The notes: a model not told the origin generated them from the sequence alone. A DNA stretch of 64,000 nt from Clostridia bacterium (GCA_036651815.1 JAVVXB010000010.1:16961-80960), one strand, 5' to 3'; numbered from the stretch's first letter, positions 1 through 8,990 are shown. Translations and numbers: made by a program.

Positions 1-364
1 TAAAAGCAAATGATTTTTCGCCGCCGTAGCGCTTGGCCAATTCCACCGCCTCGTTGATTGCTGCTCCGTTTGGCACATCTTCGCGATATAGCATTTCATA
101 GATTGCAACGCGGAGGATCGATAAATCCACACGTGCAATCCGATCCAGCGACCAGCCAACAGCATGTTCGCCAATCAGTTGATCGATTTCGGAAGCATGT
201 GCCTTCACACCCAAAGAGACTTGTTCGGAATAGGTCATGTCAATTGCGTCCAAAGCATCTAATTCATCCGTTTTTTCGCACACTTCCGTCGGTGTATCCG
301 CGCCGCCAAGTAAATCGGAATAGATCAACATCATGGCGACCTCGCGCGCTTTCGTTCTGCTCAT
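1..364 (-). CDS. nusB: Transcription antitermination factor NusB (C-terminus runs off the left edge)
   Basis: Own translation from the ATG at 364: MSRTKAREVAMMLIYSDLL...WSLDRIARVDLSILRVAIYEMLYREDVPNGAAINEAVELAKRYGGEKS, a typical NusB core. ATGA overlap with the stop of the upstream gene. Confidence 0.8.
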   Translation of the reverse strand, partial: MSRTKAREVAMMLIYSDLLGGADTPTEVCEKTDELDALDAIDMTYSEQVSLGVKAHASEIDQLIGEHAVGWSLDRIARVDLSILRVAIYEMLYREDVPNGAAINEAVELAKRYGGEKSFAF

Positions 365-591
365 TCGTTTTTCGTATCCTTGGAAAACAGTTTGTTAAAA
401 AAAGCTTTGACGCCATCAATTCCATTCTTATCCATCAAATACCCAACCAGAAAACAAATACCGACCAAAACAATCAGTAGTAGCGTTTTCCAAAATCCGA
501 TCGTCATAAACAATATTGCAAATAGCAAGCCAATCACCGCAAGGATGATAGCCCATTTATGTTCTTTGTAAAACTCTGCGAAACGTTGCAT
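361..591 (-). CDS. Small integral membrane protein, DUF2273-like (third member of the Asp23/AmaP module)
   Basis: ORF 361..669, trimmed to Met27 (MQRFAEFYKEHKWAIILAVIGLLFAILF...), which follows a GAGGGG RBS. Two hydrophobic helices. Position directly after AmaP/Asp23. Confidence 0.6.
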   Translation of the reverse strand: MQRFAEFYKEHKWAIILAVIGLLFAILFMTIGFWKTLLLIVLVGICFLVGYLMDKNGIDGVKAFFNKLFSKDTKNE

Positions 592-604
592 GACTTTTTT
601 CCCC

Positions 605-1171
605 TCATTCAACCCGGGCAGCTGGTTGTGCCGAGGTGCTTTCGACCAGAATCCCAATTTCCTTAACATTGATGCCCGTTAAGTTTTGGATATAGGCTTT
701 GAGCGAGGTTTGCAGCTCCTCCGTAAGTTTGACAATATCCGTATCCGGTAGCACGGATAGACGAATACCGATGGTTACCCCATCCTCTACGGCACGCAGC
801 GTGGAGTGGCAGTCTCGAATACGGCTCTGTGCGCGGCAATGTTTCTGCACCATGGTATCGATGGCTTCAAGCGCGATAAACGTGCCGCCATTTTCACCCT
901 GCTTTATCAGGGTTGAAGCCGGTGTTGGCTGTATTTTTTCTATTTTTTCACGACCGGAAAAAAGCAGTTTAACAGAGAGCAACAGCAAAACAATTCCGCA
1001 TCCGGCCAAAATCCAAGCATTTTGACGATAGGCATAGAATAGTTCCACAAAGTCCTTTGCCGCTGTTACGGGCACAAGGTTTGCAGCAACCGCAAGCAAT
1101 ACAAATGAGCATACAATAACGATGATCAAGAGAATTGCAAGCAGAATACGGTCAAATACATTTAGTTTCAT
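605..1171 (-). CDS. amaP: Alkaline-shock response membrane anchor protein AmaP-like
   Basis: ORF 605..1219, trimmed to MKLNVFDRILLAILLIIVIV after an AAGGAG RBS. Two N-terminal TM helices followed by a soluble domain. Lies immediately downstream of asp23. Confidence 0.6.
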   Translation of the reverse strand: MKLNVFDRILLAILLIIVIVCSFVLLAVAANLVPVTAAKDFVELFYAYRQNAWILAGCGIVLLLLSVKLLFSGREKIEKIQPTPASTLIKQGENGGTFIALEAIDTMVQKHCRAQSRIRDCHSTLRAVEDGVTIGIRLSVLPDTDIVKLTEELQTSLKAYIQNLTGINVKEIGILVESTSAQPAARVE

Positions 1172-1239
1172 GGGAGACTCCTTTACATTTATATTTGGGC
1201 GGAGATTCTCTCCGCCCAAATATCCGTCTGTATGACAGA

Positions 1240-1752
1240 TTATTTTACCCGGACCGGTTCAGGAATCGCTTCTTTTTCCTTCTCCGTTTTTTCAGCGGCA
1301 TTCAGTTCCTTTGCCATTAGCTTTTCCTTCTCTTTTTCCGCCTTCTTTTCGGCTTTGGTTGGTTCGGTAGGCTCAAACGTAACGGCCTGCACAAACACAT
1401 TGACTTCAACGACGCGCAGCCCGGTCATGGTCTCAATCGAACTTCTTACAGCGTATTGAATCTTTTCGCAAACTTCACGAATTCGAAACCCATACTTAAT
1501 ATTAACGGAAAGATCCACAGCAGCCTCTTCGGTGCCAACTTCAACCTTAACACCCTTGGTCAGACTTTTTTTGCCAAGCATCTCGGTAAACCCTTCCACA
1601 ACGCCACCACTCATGGCCGCGACGCCGGGCACATCTGCCGTTGCAAGCGCCGCAATCGTCGCAACGACATCATCTGCAAATATAATGCGGCCACCATCAA
1701 TATTGGTTTTGGTGACTTCCTTGCTGATCGCTTTATCTTCAGACATATGCAC
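1240..1752 (-). CDS. asp23: Asp23/Gls24 family envelope stress protein
   Basis: 170 aa. IIFADDVVATIAALATADVPGVAAMSGG...VEVGTEEAAVDLSVNIKYG...LRVVEVNVFV is the Asp23 fold signature. Lys/Glu-rich tail. Confidence 0.85.
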   Translation of the reverse strand: MHMSEDKAISKEVTKTNIDGGRIIFADDVVATIAALATADVPGVAAMSGGVVEGFTEMLGKKSLTKGVKVEVGTEEAAVDLSVNIKYGFRIREVCEKIQYAVRSSIETMTGLRVVEVNVFVQAVTFEPTEPTKAEKKAEKEKEKLMAKELNAAEKTEKEKEAIPEPVRVK

Positions 1753-1800
1753 ACCTCCTACTTACTTTGCCAAAATTATATCAGTGATTCGTCTTTCTGT

Positions 1801-1860
1801 AAATACACAAACGACGGCTTATGCTCCACTATGACGCCCTGCAGTGGCTCATAAGTCGTC
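1801..1860 (-). terminator. Putative intrinsic terminator after spoIIIAH
   Basis: On the minus strand, ACGACTTATG...CATAAGCCGT forms a long imperfect hairpin with an inner CCACT/AGTGG stem, followed by TTTGTGTATTT. Confidence 0.4.
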
Positions 1861-1895
1861 ATAACCATGGCAAAGTTGTAACAATTCGCGTTTTA

Positions 1896-2438
1896 CTACT
1901 GCGCAGTCGTGATCTTGATGTTCTCGGTACGTTCACCTGTCTCTCTTACAATGATGTCCAATACCTGGGCAACCTGTTCGTCCGAGAGCGCTTCCGCAGA
2001 CAAAATTACATTGACCGCCCCTTCGTGCAGCGTAACCGCCGCCTCTTTGAAGCCCTTGGCTTTTAACAAGCTTTCAATGGTCATCTCTTTTTCCATACCT
2101 TCTACAATCGAAAGCTTCTGCTTCTGCGCATCCGCCATGGTTTCCGCATCGGCCCCTTGCTCAATGATGGTATCGATGTAGGCAATTTCCTGTTCGCGCG
2201 TTGTATCCCGTTCTTTGCGGAATGAATCAAAAAAGCTCAGCTGTACGGCCGCCGCCGAGGCTGCCTCGCTCACGCTGTCGCCCGTTATTGCCGTTTCCGG
2301 GACTTTTTCCTTATTACGGCTGATGATTATATTGGCCGTCACCGCTCCAATAAGCAGTACCATAACCCCGCAGAGCGTCAGTACCTTCCTGTTCAACTTT
2401 GCTTTGACAGTCGCCATCCTCTTCATAGCTTCCTCCAC
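1896..2438 (-). CDS. spoIIIAH: Stage III sporulation protein AH
   Basis: 180 aa with an N-terminal TM helix, then a soluble domain ending ...VTLHEGAVNVILSAEALSDEQVAQVLDIIVRETG. Last gene of the spoIIIA operon order. Confidence 0.75.
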   Translation of the reverse strand: MEEAMKRMATVKAKLNRKVLTLCGVMVLLIGAVTANIIISRNKEKVPETAITGDSVSEAASAAAVQLSFFDSFRKERDTTREQEIAYIDTIIEQGADAETMADAQKQKLSIVEGMEKEMTIESLLKAKGFKEAAVTLHEGAVNVILSAEALSDEQVAQVLDIIVRETGERTENIKITTAQ

Positions 2439-2460
2439 CCTCCTCGACTAATTTAACTTT

Positions 2461-3063
2461 TTACTTGGATCCCATCAGCGCACTCTCAAACACCTCGATG
2501 CGCGAAATAGGAATGTCCAGAACCGCCATCACTGCGCGCTGCAGATCCAATTTTACCTTGATATCCGCCGCGCCCTCCGCAACAACAATCACTCCGCGCA
2601 CTACTGGCTGCTTTTGCATCAGAATAATCGGCTCATCACCGCCGCCTCCTCCAAAGGTCGCAGGTTGGCTGGACTCTGTGGTTTGTGTAGTGGTGCTCGT
2701 CTTCTCCCCGTCGTTGGTCTCGGATGCATTGCTGTTTACATTTGTGGACATAGCCGCCACCAGCTCTGTTCCGGTCTCATAGGTAATCATCACTTCCACA
2801 TGGCCCGCACCGCGAATGCAGGCGAGAACCTCCCGCAGACGCTCTTCTACCCCTTCCTCCGCTGTGGCTCCGGGGGACGTGACGGACGATTGTACCGTTG
2901 AAGGCGTTGTCCCTTTTGGCACAAGCGTAGCCGCATATAAGCCGACGACAATCAGGATCAATCCTCCATAGACTGCCAATTCCAGTTTTTTATTGGATTG
3001 AATCGCCATCGTTATCCGCTGCAAGAGTGATCTCTGCGTCGGCGGCCTTGTCTCCTTTTGCAT
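2461..3063 (-). CDS. spoIIIAG: Stage III sporulation protein AG
   Basis: ORF 2461..3210, trimmed to Met50 (MQKETRPP...). One TM helix. C-terminal VEVMITYETG...VVRGVIVVAEGAADIKVKLDLQRAVMAVLDIPISRIEVF is typical of the SpoIIIAG ring-forming domain. Confidence 0.8.
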   Translation of the reverse strand: MQKETRPPTQRSLLQRITMAIQSNKKLELAVYGGLILIVVGLYAATLVPKGTTPSTVQSSVTSPGATAEEGVEERLREVLACIRGAGHVEVMITYETGTELVAAMSTNVNSNASETNDGEKTSTTTQTTESSQPATFGGGGGDEPIILMQKQPVVRGVIVVAEGAADIKVKLDLQRAVMAVLDIPISRIEVFESALMGSK

Positions 3064-3065
3064 AT

Positions 3066-3245
3066 CTATACTCCCATTCGCGTGAATATACCAACAATCT
3101 GTTCTACCACCGCCGACAAAAAAACCAGTCCAACTGAAACAGAAACGGTTTGTTTGAGCGGCCCTTCCGAAATTGCAAATTCTGCGACTACCGCCAGAAT
3201 TGAAAGACATACAACCGTACTGGTAAACGCAGTAATCGTCTCCAT
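3066..3245 (-). CDS. spoIIIAF: Miniature SpoIIIAF (59 aa, membrane hairpin only)
   Basis: Not in the ORF track because it is under 60 aa. Own translation: METITAFTSTVVCLSILAVVAEFAISEGPLKQTVSVSVGLVFLSAVVEQIVGIFTRMGV. It starts 3 nt after the spoIIIAE stop and ends 2 nt before the spoIIIAG ATG. It resembles the N-terminal TM hairpin of SpoIIIAF. Confidence 0.55.
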   Translation of the reverse strand: METITAFTSTVVCLSILAVVAEFAISEGPLKQTVSVSVGLVFLSAVVEQIVGIFTRMGV

Positions 3246-3248
3246 ACG

Positions 3249-4433
3249 CTATCCGATATAACCGGCGTTGCCCAGTCCGACAATCAGCCCGATGGTCACA
3301 AGAAACATCGCCGCAACCGCCGCGCAGGCCGACAGTAAAACAGCCAGCATATCGGCACCGATTTTAAACATACCCGTCTGCTTTTTCTCTGCAATGGGCT
3401 GTGTAACAGCCGCTGTCAGTCGCAACAGCAGCATGCTGGCTGTGATTCGAAACAACGGCGTCAAAACAATCGAAACGCATAAAAGAATCATGGTCATACC
3501 AGCAGCATTTTTTACCAGCCCTGCACAGCCCAACATCGTATCAAAGGAACCGTTGACAAGACCGCCGACCATGGGCAACATACTGCCCGCCGCATACTTG
3601 GCCGTGCGAATGGTCACACCATCTCGTGCAGCAGCCGTCATCCCTCTCAACGCCGTTGTTCCAACATAGAGCGTTGTCACAATACCGATTACCCATTTTA
3701 TACCGCTTCGAATACAGTCCCCAAGTTCTCCCAACCGGATGCGTTCCGAAAGCTGGTCAAACAATCCCAGCACGCCGCCGCACAGTGCCAATGGCACGAC
3801 CACCGTCAGCATTGCTGCCGCCACTCCATTCGTCAACAGCGCCATTGAGGGTTGAAACACCCCTACGGTGGAAACGCCGCCGATGGCTGTCAGCAGCGTC
3901 ATGAGAATCGGCATGGCAATCTCCATACACGCGCATAAGCTGCGCATACATAAAACGGCAACAGCAGCAGACGAGGAGAATGCACTGAGTACCACCGTGA
4001 GCGTAAAGCAGCGGCAGACAAACGCCGCCGTCTCCTGTGCCCCACCCGATTTTCCGCCGGACAGCGCCATGCTCAATCCTCCAGCCAACGTTAGGCCGAT
4101 TAAAGTAGCGGCCAGGCTGGCCAATCGCTGCCATTCTGCACGCAGCATTCGCGAAAGCATCGACAACAACGCATCTTCCTTCACGTCCTCCACAGAACCC
4201 GACAACGCCAATTCTTCAGTTCGTTGTCTCACGCCGAATGTGCCCCAAAGCGTACGCACATCCTCTGGCATCCCCGCAAGCAGTTGCTCTAATCCGCTCC
4301 AATCGACGTTGTTCATCCAGTTGTTCACGCCATCCTCAACGGACATATCCGGTGTCTCCGCTTGTTCCGCCCTTGTGGTGGTGCACGGCAGTATCAGCAG
4401 TAGGAACATGGTTATAGCAAACAACGTTCTCAT
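3249..4433 (-). CDS. spoIIIAE: Stage III sporulation protein AE (polytopic membrane protein)
   Basis: ORF 3249..4568, trimmed to MRTLFAITMFLLLILPCTTTRAEQ (signal peptide; ATGA overlap with the spoIIIAD stop). Many TM helices. Operon position. Confidence 0.85.
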   Translation of the reverse strand: MRTLFAITMFLLLILPCTTTRAEQAETPDMSVEDGVNNWMNNVDWSGLEQLLAGMPEDVRTLWGTFGVRQRTEELALSGSVEDVKEDALLSMLSRMLRAEWQRLASLAATLIGLTLAGGLSMALSGGKSGGAQETAAFVCRCFTLTVVLSAFSSSAAVAVLCMRSLCACMEIAMPILMTLLTAIGGVSTVGVFQPSMALLTNGVAAAMLTVVVPLALCGGVLGLFDQLSERIRLGELGDCIRSGIKWVIGIVTTLYVGTTALRGMTAAARDGVTIRTAKYAAGSMLPMVGGLVNGSFDTMLGCAGLVKNAAGMTMILLCVSIVLTPLFRITASMLLLRLTAAVTQPIAEKKQTGMFKIGADMLAVLLSACAAVAAMFLVTIGLIVGLGNAGYIG

Positions 4434-4828
4434 TGCGGCATTGATTTTAACATGCCGATTGCGGTACTGATTGTGGTCATCGTTACCGGCAATGCACAAG
4501 CGAGAATAAGTATCCGTCCGCATAACTCCACCTTGCCTGCAACGGCTGATTCTCCGGCGTCTTTGCAAATCTGCGCCCCAAATTGTGCCATATACGCAAT
4601 CCCGATGATTTTCAGCAGCGTACCCACATACCCGCTGTCAATTCCATGATCGGCTGCAATCTGTCGAAGCGCATCCACCACGCCGGTGAGTTCCCCAATG
4701 GCCATAAGCAATACCAAAATTCCCGTAACAATGCCGGTCATCATCGACAGTTCCGGCCGAAGCGGGCGAATGAGCAGTGCAAACGACACGCCAAGCACAG
4801 CAATGGCCAGAATTTGAAAGATCTTCAT
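4430..4828 (-). CDS. spoIIIAD: Stage III sporulation protein AD
   Basis: MKIFQILAIAVLGVSFALL...LLKIIGIAYMAQFGAQICKDAGESAVAGKVELCGRILIL matches the conserved SpoIIIAD core (KIIGIAYIAEFGAQ..KDAG). GAGGGA RBS. Confidence 0.85.
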   Translation of the reverse strand: MKIFQILAIAVLGVSFALLIRPLRPELSMMTGIVTGILVLLMAIGELTGVVDALRQIAADHGIDSGYVGTLLKIIGIAYMAQFGAQICKDAGESAVAGKVELCGRILILACALPVTMTTISTAIGMLKSMPQ

Positions 4829-4839
4829 TACGCATTCCC

Positions 4840-5037
4840 TCAATACAGATTAAACACGGCACGAACGCTTGTAAACAGCTCCTCCACCATGTTCAGCATC
4901 ATCATTAACCCGATGATCAGCCCAGCGATGGCCGCAATTGTCGCCATCTCATCGCGTCCGCTCTGTTTGAGCAACTGAGTAACCACCGCTGCGATGATCC
5001 CCACCCCTGCGATTTTGAACAGCATCTCAACATCCAT
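4840..5037 (-). CDS. spoIIIAC: Stage III sporulation protein AC
   Basis: 65 aa with two TM helices: MDVEMLFKIAGVGIIAAVVTQLLKQSGRDEMATIAAIAGLIIGL. Operon position. Confidence 0.85.
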   Translation of the reverse strand: MDVEMLFKIAGVGIIAAVVTQLLKQSGRDEMATIAAIAGLIIGLMMMLNMVEELFTSVRAVFNLY

Positions 5038-5048
5038 TTTTTCACCGC

Positions 5049-5564
5049 CTACAGAAGCAGGATTGCGACACCCGCACCCAGCAGCACACCCATCGTTCGA
5101 TACACCCGTCCTTTTTTCGTATAGGTATCCTCAGCTTCCAGTTGATTTTGCTCCAATTCATGGATCATCAATTCCGCACTCTCCCGCTGTGCCATTCGAC
5201 CACTTGTACCCAATATGGAAAAATAGTCGTTCAGCAATTGTCGATCCCGTTCCGTCAAGCAATCGAACACGCCGATTTTCGCGGGACTGCGTGCCGTCTC
5301 GCATAGCCATGCATCGATCAACCGTTCTCCTCCAACAACCCTTTCGGATGCAGAATGGAACGTTGCGCCCGTATGCCGCCCCGCACAACCGCCAAGCAAT
5401 TCACCGACCGGCATATTTGTATATAATACGCCCAGTTGCAGCCGCCGTACCGCTTCGCAAAGTTCCCGAAGTACTTCTAATCGTAACCGAATGCGATTGG
5501 ATGCCGTCAGTCCGAGAAAAACGCAGCCGCCGAATGCGGCCAGGACAGCAATTGCGCGCTGCAT
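5049..5564 (-). CDS. spoIIIAB: Stage III sporulation protein AB
   Basis: 171 aa with an N-terminal TM helix and a C-terminal TM helix (GVLLGAGVAILLL). Operon position between spoIIIAA and spoIIIAC. Confidence 0.8.
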   Translation of the reverse strand: MQRAIAVLAAFGGCVFLGLTASNRIRLRLEVLRELCEAVRRLQLGVLYTNMPVGELLGGCAGRHTGATFHSASERVVGGERLIDAWLCETARSPAKIGVFDCLTERDRQLLNDYFSILGTSGRMAQRESAELMIHELEQNQLEAEDTYTKKGRVYRTMGVLLGAGVAILLL

Positions 5565-6523
5565 ATTTTTTCCTCCGTAACCACTCGTTCAAATGTTTGA
5601 TTCAGCACCTGTTCCACCGTGCCTGTGCCATGGCTTTTGCCAAGAACCACAATTCGCTCAAATAAACCGTTTTCTACCAGCAATCGCATCGTCTGCCGCT
5701 TGAGCATGGTTTCTCCGCAAGAAGCATGTGCGCTTGCAGCCACCGCAATGCCGCAAGCAGTTGCATCGAGCGCTGCATAGGCATCCTGCATGCAGGATAA
5801 TTCGTCCGTCACCAATACATCCGGCGCCATATTGGTCACAAGCATGCGCATACCGATGGCTTTCGATACGCCAGATAGCACGTCCGTTCGTGGACCAACG
5901 TCAAGTTGCGGAACGCCGCGAGCCGCACCCGCAAGTTCATAACGCGTATCCACAATTGCCACGCGGCTTGCACGCACACCGCCGACCCCATAGGAACAGC
6001 AACGCGCCAAATCCCGAAGCAGTGTCGTTTTCCCACAACCGGGCGCCGACACAACCAGCGTTGACAAAAGCCGTCCTTCTCGATCAACCAACAATGGTAG
6101 CACACCGCTCGCCACCCCATGTACCTCCCGTGCAATTCGAATATTGAAACTCGTTACATCGCACAGCCGTTCCACCGCACCGTCGTGCATACTCGCCCGT
6201 CCGCATAGTCCAACGCGATATCCGCCTGGAAGCGTTAGAAACCCGCACTGTAGCTCTGTTTCCCAAGCATACACAGATTGCTCGCACAGCCTTGTCAGCA
6301 AGGTTCGGCAATCTTCCTGAGAGACCGCAGCGCGTCCATTTCTGCCATATACCAGTCGTTCACTGCCGGCAAAACACAACTCGATCGGCCGCTGCGCTCG
6401 GATGCGAATCTCCTCGAGCGGTGCACTTTCATCTATCGTTTGCAGCAGTTCAGCCACGGATTCCGGCAGATATCCGAGCAGGTCGCTCTTCCAATTTCGT
6501 TTGATTCTCTCACATTCATTCAT
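5507..6523 (-). CDS. spoIIIAA: Stage III sporulation protein AA (secretion-type ATPase)
   Basis: Walker A VVSAPGCGKTTLLRDLAR and Walker B-like LVTDEL. The ORF is open to 6592, but MNECERIK at 6523 gives a normal length. A CATACAAT box (sigma-E -10-like) lies about 25 nt upstream. Confidence 0.85.
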   Translation of the reverse strand: MNECERIKRNWKSDLLGYLPESVAELLQTIDESAPLEEIRIRAQRPIELCFAGSERLVYGRNGRAAVSQEDCRTLLTRLCEQSVYAWETELQCGFLTLPGGYRVGLCGRASMHDGAVERLCDVTSFNIRIAREVHGVASGVLPLLVDREGRLLSTLVVSAPGCGKTTLLRDLARCCSYGVGGVRASRVAIVDTRYELAGAARGVPQLDVGPRTDVLSGVSKAIGMRMLVTNMAPDVLVTDELSCMQDAYAALDATACGIAVAASAHASCGETMLKRQTMRLLVENGLFERIVVLGKSHGTGTVEQVLNQTFERVVTEEKICSAQLLSWPHSAAAFFSD

Positions 6524-6633
6524 CGATTCACTATATGTACACAGAAAAATTGTATGCCTTGTATATTTGTATACAAAACGCTTGTGTTCCATATGAAAAC
6601 ACGATAAACTATTAATAAGGAAGTGAAATCATA

Positions 6634-7287
6634 TTGTCAAATATTTATGATACAAAGGACTATAGTTCTCTATCAGACAAGGTCTACCAAAATTTAAGAG
6701 ATGGCATTGCAGAAGGGCGCTATAAAACCGGAGACTGCCTAGTCGAAATGAAAATAGCTGAGGAACTTGGTGTTAGCCGTACGCCCGTGCGTGAAGCGCT
6801 GAAGCAACTGGAACTTGAAGACTTGGTCGTCTCCCAACCGAATCGAGGCGTTGTTGTAAAAGGATTTACCACCGAAGATTTCCAAGATGTGTTTACCATC
6901 CGGCACCTGTTGGAAGGTCAAGCAGCTTATTGGGCAGCCGAGCGCATTGTCCCAGAACAGCTATTTCAGCTAAAAGAACTAATTGAATTGATGGAATTTT
7001 ACACGCAGAAGAATGATGTGGATCATTTGGTTCGTCTAGATACCCGGTTTCATGAGATTATCTACGAAGCCAGCAATAGCCGTACCCTGAAACATATTTT
7101 AACCAGTTTGCATCACAACATCCAGCGCGCACGTCAAACCTCGCTGACCGTGCCGACACGTCCGGGTATTTCGTTTGTTGAACACCAACACATCTATGCC
7201 GCGCTGGAAAAGCACGATGCTGCCGGCGCAAAGGAATTTATGGAAGCGCATGTCGCCACCGCATCCGGGCACAGCGTGGACGTCTGA
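6634..7287 (+). CDS. GntR family transcriptional regulator, FadR/FCD subfamily
   Basis: 217 aa, TTG start. N-terminal wHTH (EMKIAEELGVSRTPVREALKQLELEDLV). C-terminal all-helical FCD-type domain (FHEIIYEASNS...). Confidence 0.8.
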   Translation: MSNIYDTKDYSSLSDKVYQNLRDGIAEGRYKTGDCLVEMKIAEELGVSRTPVREALKQLELEDLVVSQPNRGVVVKGFTTEDFQDVFTIRHLLEGQAAYWAAERIVPEQLFQLKELIELMEFYTQKNDVDHLVRLDTRFHEIIYEASNSRTLKHILTSLHHNIQRARQTSLTVPTRPGISFVEHQHIYAALEKHDAAGAKEFMEAHVATASGHSVDV

Positions 7288-7340
7288 TATTGGATCAACA
7301 AGGTGGGCATTCACCCGCTTTCTTGGAATAATGTGAGATC

Positions 7341-8546
7341 ATGGAGGATGTGCATATGCGCGTCTACTGCACAGAGGAACTGCATGCAAACGGCGGCCCT
7401 GGCTCGTTTTTGCTATGCCATGCAGAGGATGTCATCGACCGTCTTGTGGAGGCGCACGCTAGCAGCGTCCAACTGATCTATCTTGATCCGCCATTTGGTA
7501 CGGGAGATACCTTTCACCTGCGTTTGACTACCGAAAAAAAGACCGTCAGCATGCCTGCATTTACCGACAAGCGTACGGAAGCCGACTATGTGGACTGGAT
7601 GCGCATCATTTTAAATGGTTGTCACAAGCTGCTCCGTCCAGAAGGCTCGCTTTATCTGCATATTGATCATCGCATGAACGCAAAAATGCGTCTGTTGCTC
7701 GACGAAATCTTTGATATGTCCAACTTCATGAACGAAATTGTATGGTGCTATAAAACCGGCGGCCGCAGCACACGATATTACCCACGTAAGCATGATACGA
7801 TTTTATTCTATCGTAAAAGCAAGAACGTTTATTTTGACATTACGGCGGTCGGCCGCCCACGAGGGCCGGAAAAACGCAACCACATGAAACAATTCATCGA
7901 CGATGCAGGCCGCATCTGTTTCTCCATTCAGAGCGGTGGAAAACGATACACCTACTATGAAGACACACCCGTCTATCCAACGGACGTTTGGACGGATATT
8001 GAGCACTTGCAACAAAAGGATAAGGAGCGTGTCGGATATGCCACGCAGAAACCAGAAGCGCTCTTAAAGCGAATTATGATGGCTTCTTCCCAGCCAGGCG
8101 ATCTCGTCATAGACTTTTTTTCCGGTAGCGGAACCACCGCCTCCGTTGCGAGCAAGCTTAACCGTCGTTTTCTTGTGGCAGATGCGTCACCACTTGCGCT
8201 ATACACATTGCGGGCAAGGCAACTAAAGGCCAGCAGTACGCTCTCCTTACTTTCCGATGAACATGCATTGTCCTATCATTATCCGGAAGATCATAGCGAA
8301 GTAACCTTTCACTGCACCGTGGAGAAAACCGGTGAACAATGGATTGTACGCATCGATACCGCGTACTTCGAAACAACGTATCCCCTCGTCTATGCCGCAC
8401 TTGGTATCCTTGACCAAGGGAAGTTTATACCCGTTACCACAGACTGTCATCCTTCCATACCGCTGATTTTTCAATTGAACTCTCTTGATGCAGCAGTTGT
8501 GCAGGTTGTGGATATGCTTGGCAGACAAGCTTTTTTTACCATCTAA
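7341..8546 (+). CDS. DNA methyltransferase, beta-class N6-adenine/N4-cytosine type, with an extra C-terminal domain of about 130 aa
   Basis: Motif IV DPPFGTG (YLDPPFGTGD) lies upstream of motif I DFFSGSGTTASVA. No restriction endonuclease candidate is adjacent. Confidence 0.8.
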   Translation: MEDVHMRVYCTEELHANGGPGSFLLCHAEDVIDRLVEAHASSVQLIYLDPPFGTGDTFHLRLTTEKKTVSMPAFTDKRTEADYVDWMRIILNGCHKLLRPEGSLYLHIDHRMNAKMRLLLDEIFDMSNFMNEIVWCYKTGGRSTRYYPRKHDTILFYRKSKNVYFDITAVGRPRGPEKRNHMKQFIDDAGRICFSIQSGGKRYTYYEDTPVYPTDVWTDIEHLQQKDKERVGYATQKPEALLKRIMMASSQPGDLVIDFFSGSGTTASVASKLNRRFLVADASPLALYTLRARQLKASSTLSLLSDEHALSYHYPEDHSEVTFHCTVEKTGEQWIVRIDTAYFETTYPLVYAALGILDQGKFIPVTTDCHPSIPLIFQLNSLDAAVVQVVDMLGRQAFFTI

Positions 8547-8549
8547 GGA

Positions 8550-8921
8550 GTGCATATGTACGACTGGCTGAACACCTATTTGTTGCAGCATCCCGCTGTG
8601 ACCCAAGCATATAAATCTGCATGGAAAATGGAAGTTTTTCTCATCGGCGGCAAAATCTTCGCTGAAATTGGTGAGGACAAGCACGGTTCCCCCATCTTGA
8701 CAGTCAAGTTAGAACCGGCTTTTTCCGAACTGCTGCGTGCACAGTATCCTGCGTGGATCGTACCCGGTTATTATTCCAATAAGGTTCATTGGAGCTCATT
8801 GTCCCTGCAGGGAAACGTTCCAGATGATACCGTGCGCACAATGGTTGACAACGCATATTCCATCGTCCGCGCCGCATTGCCTCGAAAAGTGCAAACCGAA
8901 CTGCCGCCGATTGATACATAA
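8550..8921 (+). CDS. MmcQ/YjbR family DNA-binding protein
   Basis: 123 aa. ...WKMEVFLIGGKIFAEIGEDKHGSPILTVKLEP...GYYSNKVHWSSLSL is the YjbR-like fold pattern. Confidence 0.7.
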   Translation: MHMYDWLNTYLLQHPAVTQAYKSAWKMEVFLIGGKIFAEIGEDKHGSPILTVKLEPAFSELLRAQYPAWIVPGYYSNKVHWSSLSLQGNVPDDTVRTMVDNAYSIVRAALPRKVQTELPPIDT

Positions 8922-8945
8922 CCATCTGCTTGCAATCGATATAAT

Positions 8946-8977
8946 AAGCGCCCGGTTCTAAAATAGATCGAGCGCTT
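8946..8977. terminator. Hairpin between the convergent yjbR-like and dnaJ genes (possible bidirectional terminator)
   Basis: AAGCGCCCGG-N12-TCGAGCGCTT, a 10-bp stem with one mismatch. Flanks are A/T-rich but there is no clean U-tract. Confidence 0.4.
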
Positions 8978-8990
8978 AATTATAAACCCA

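Noticed and set aside
2461-3210. The 249-aa version of spoIIIAG in the ORF track could mean that spoIIIAF is simply absent.
   Set aside because: The upstream 49 codons (MSFNSGGSRRICNFGRAAQTNRFCF...) are not protein-like. They overlap, in another frame, a compact 59-aa hydrophobic ORF that is translationally coupled to both neighbours.
5507-5564. The 58-nt overlap between the spoIIIAA 3' end and the spoIIIAB start could be a sign of a frameshift.
   Set aside because: Both proteins have normal lengths and termini. The spoIIIAA tail after the conserved core is short and may simply terminate late. There is no evidence of disruption.
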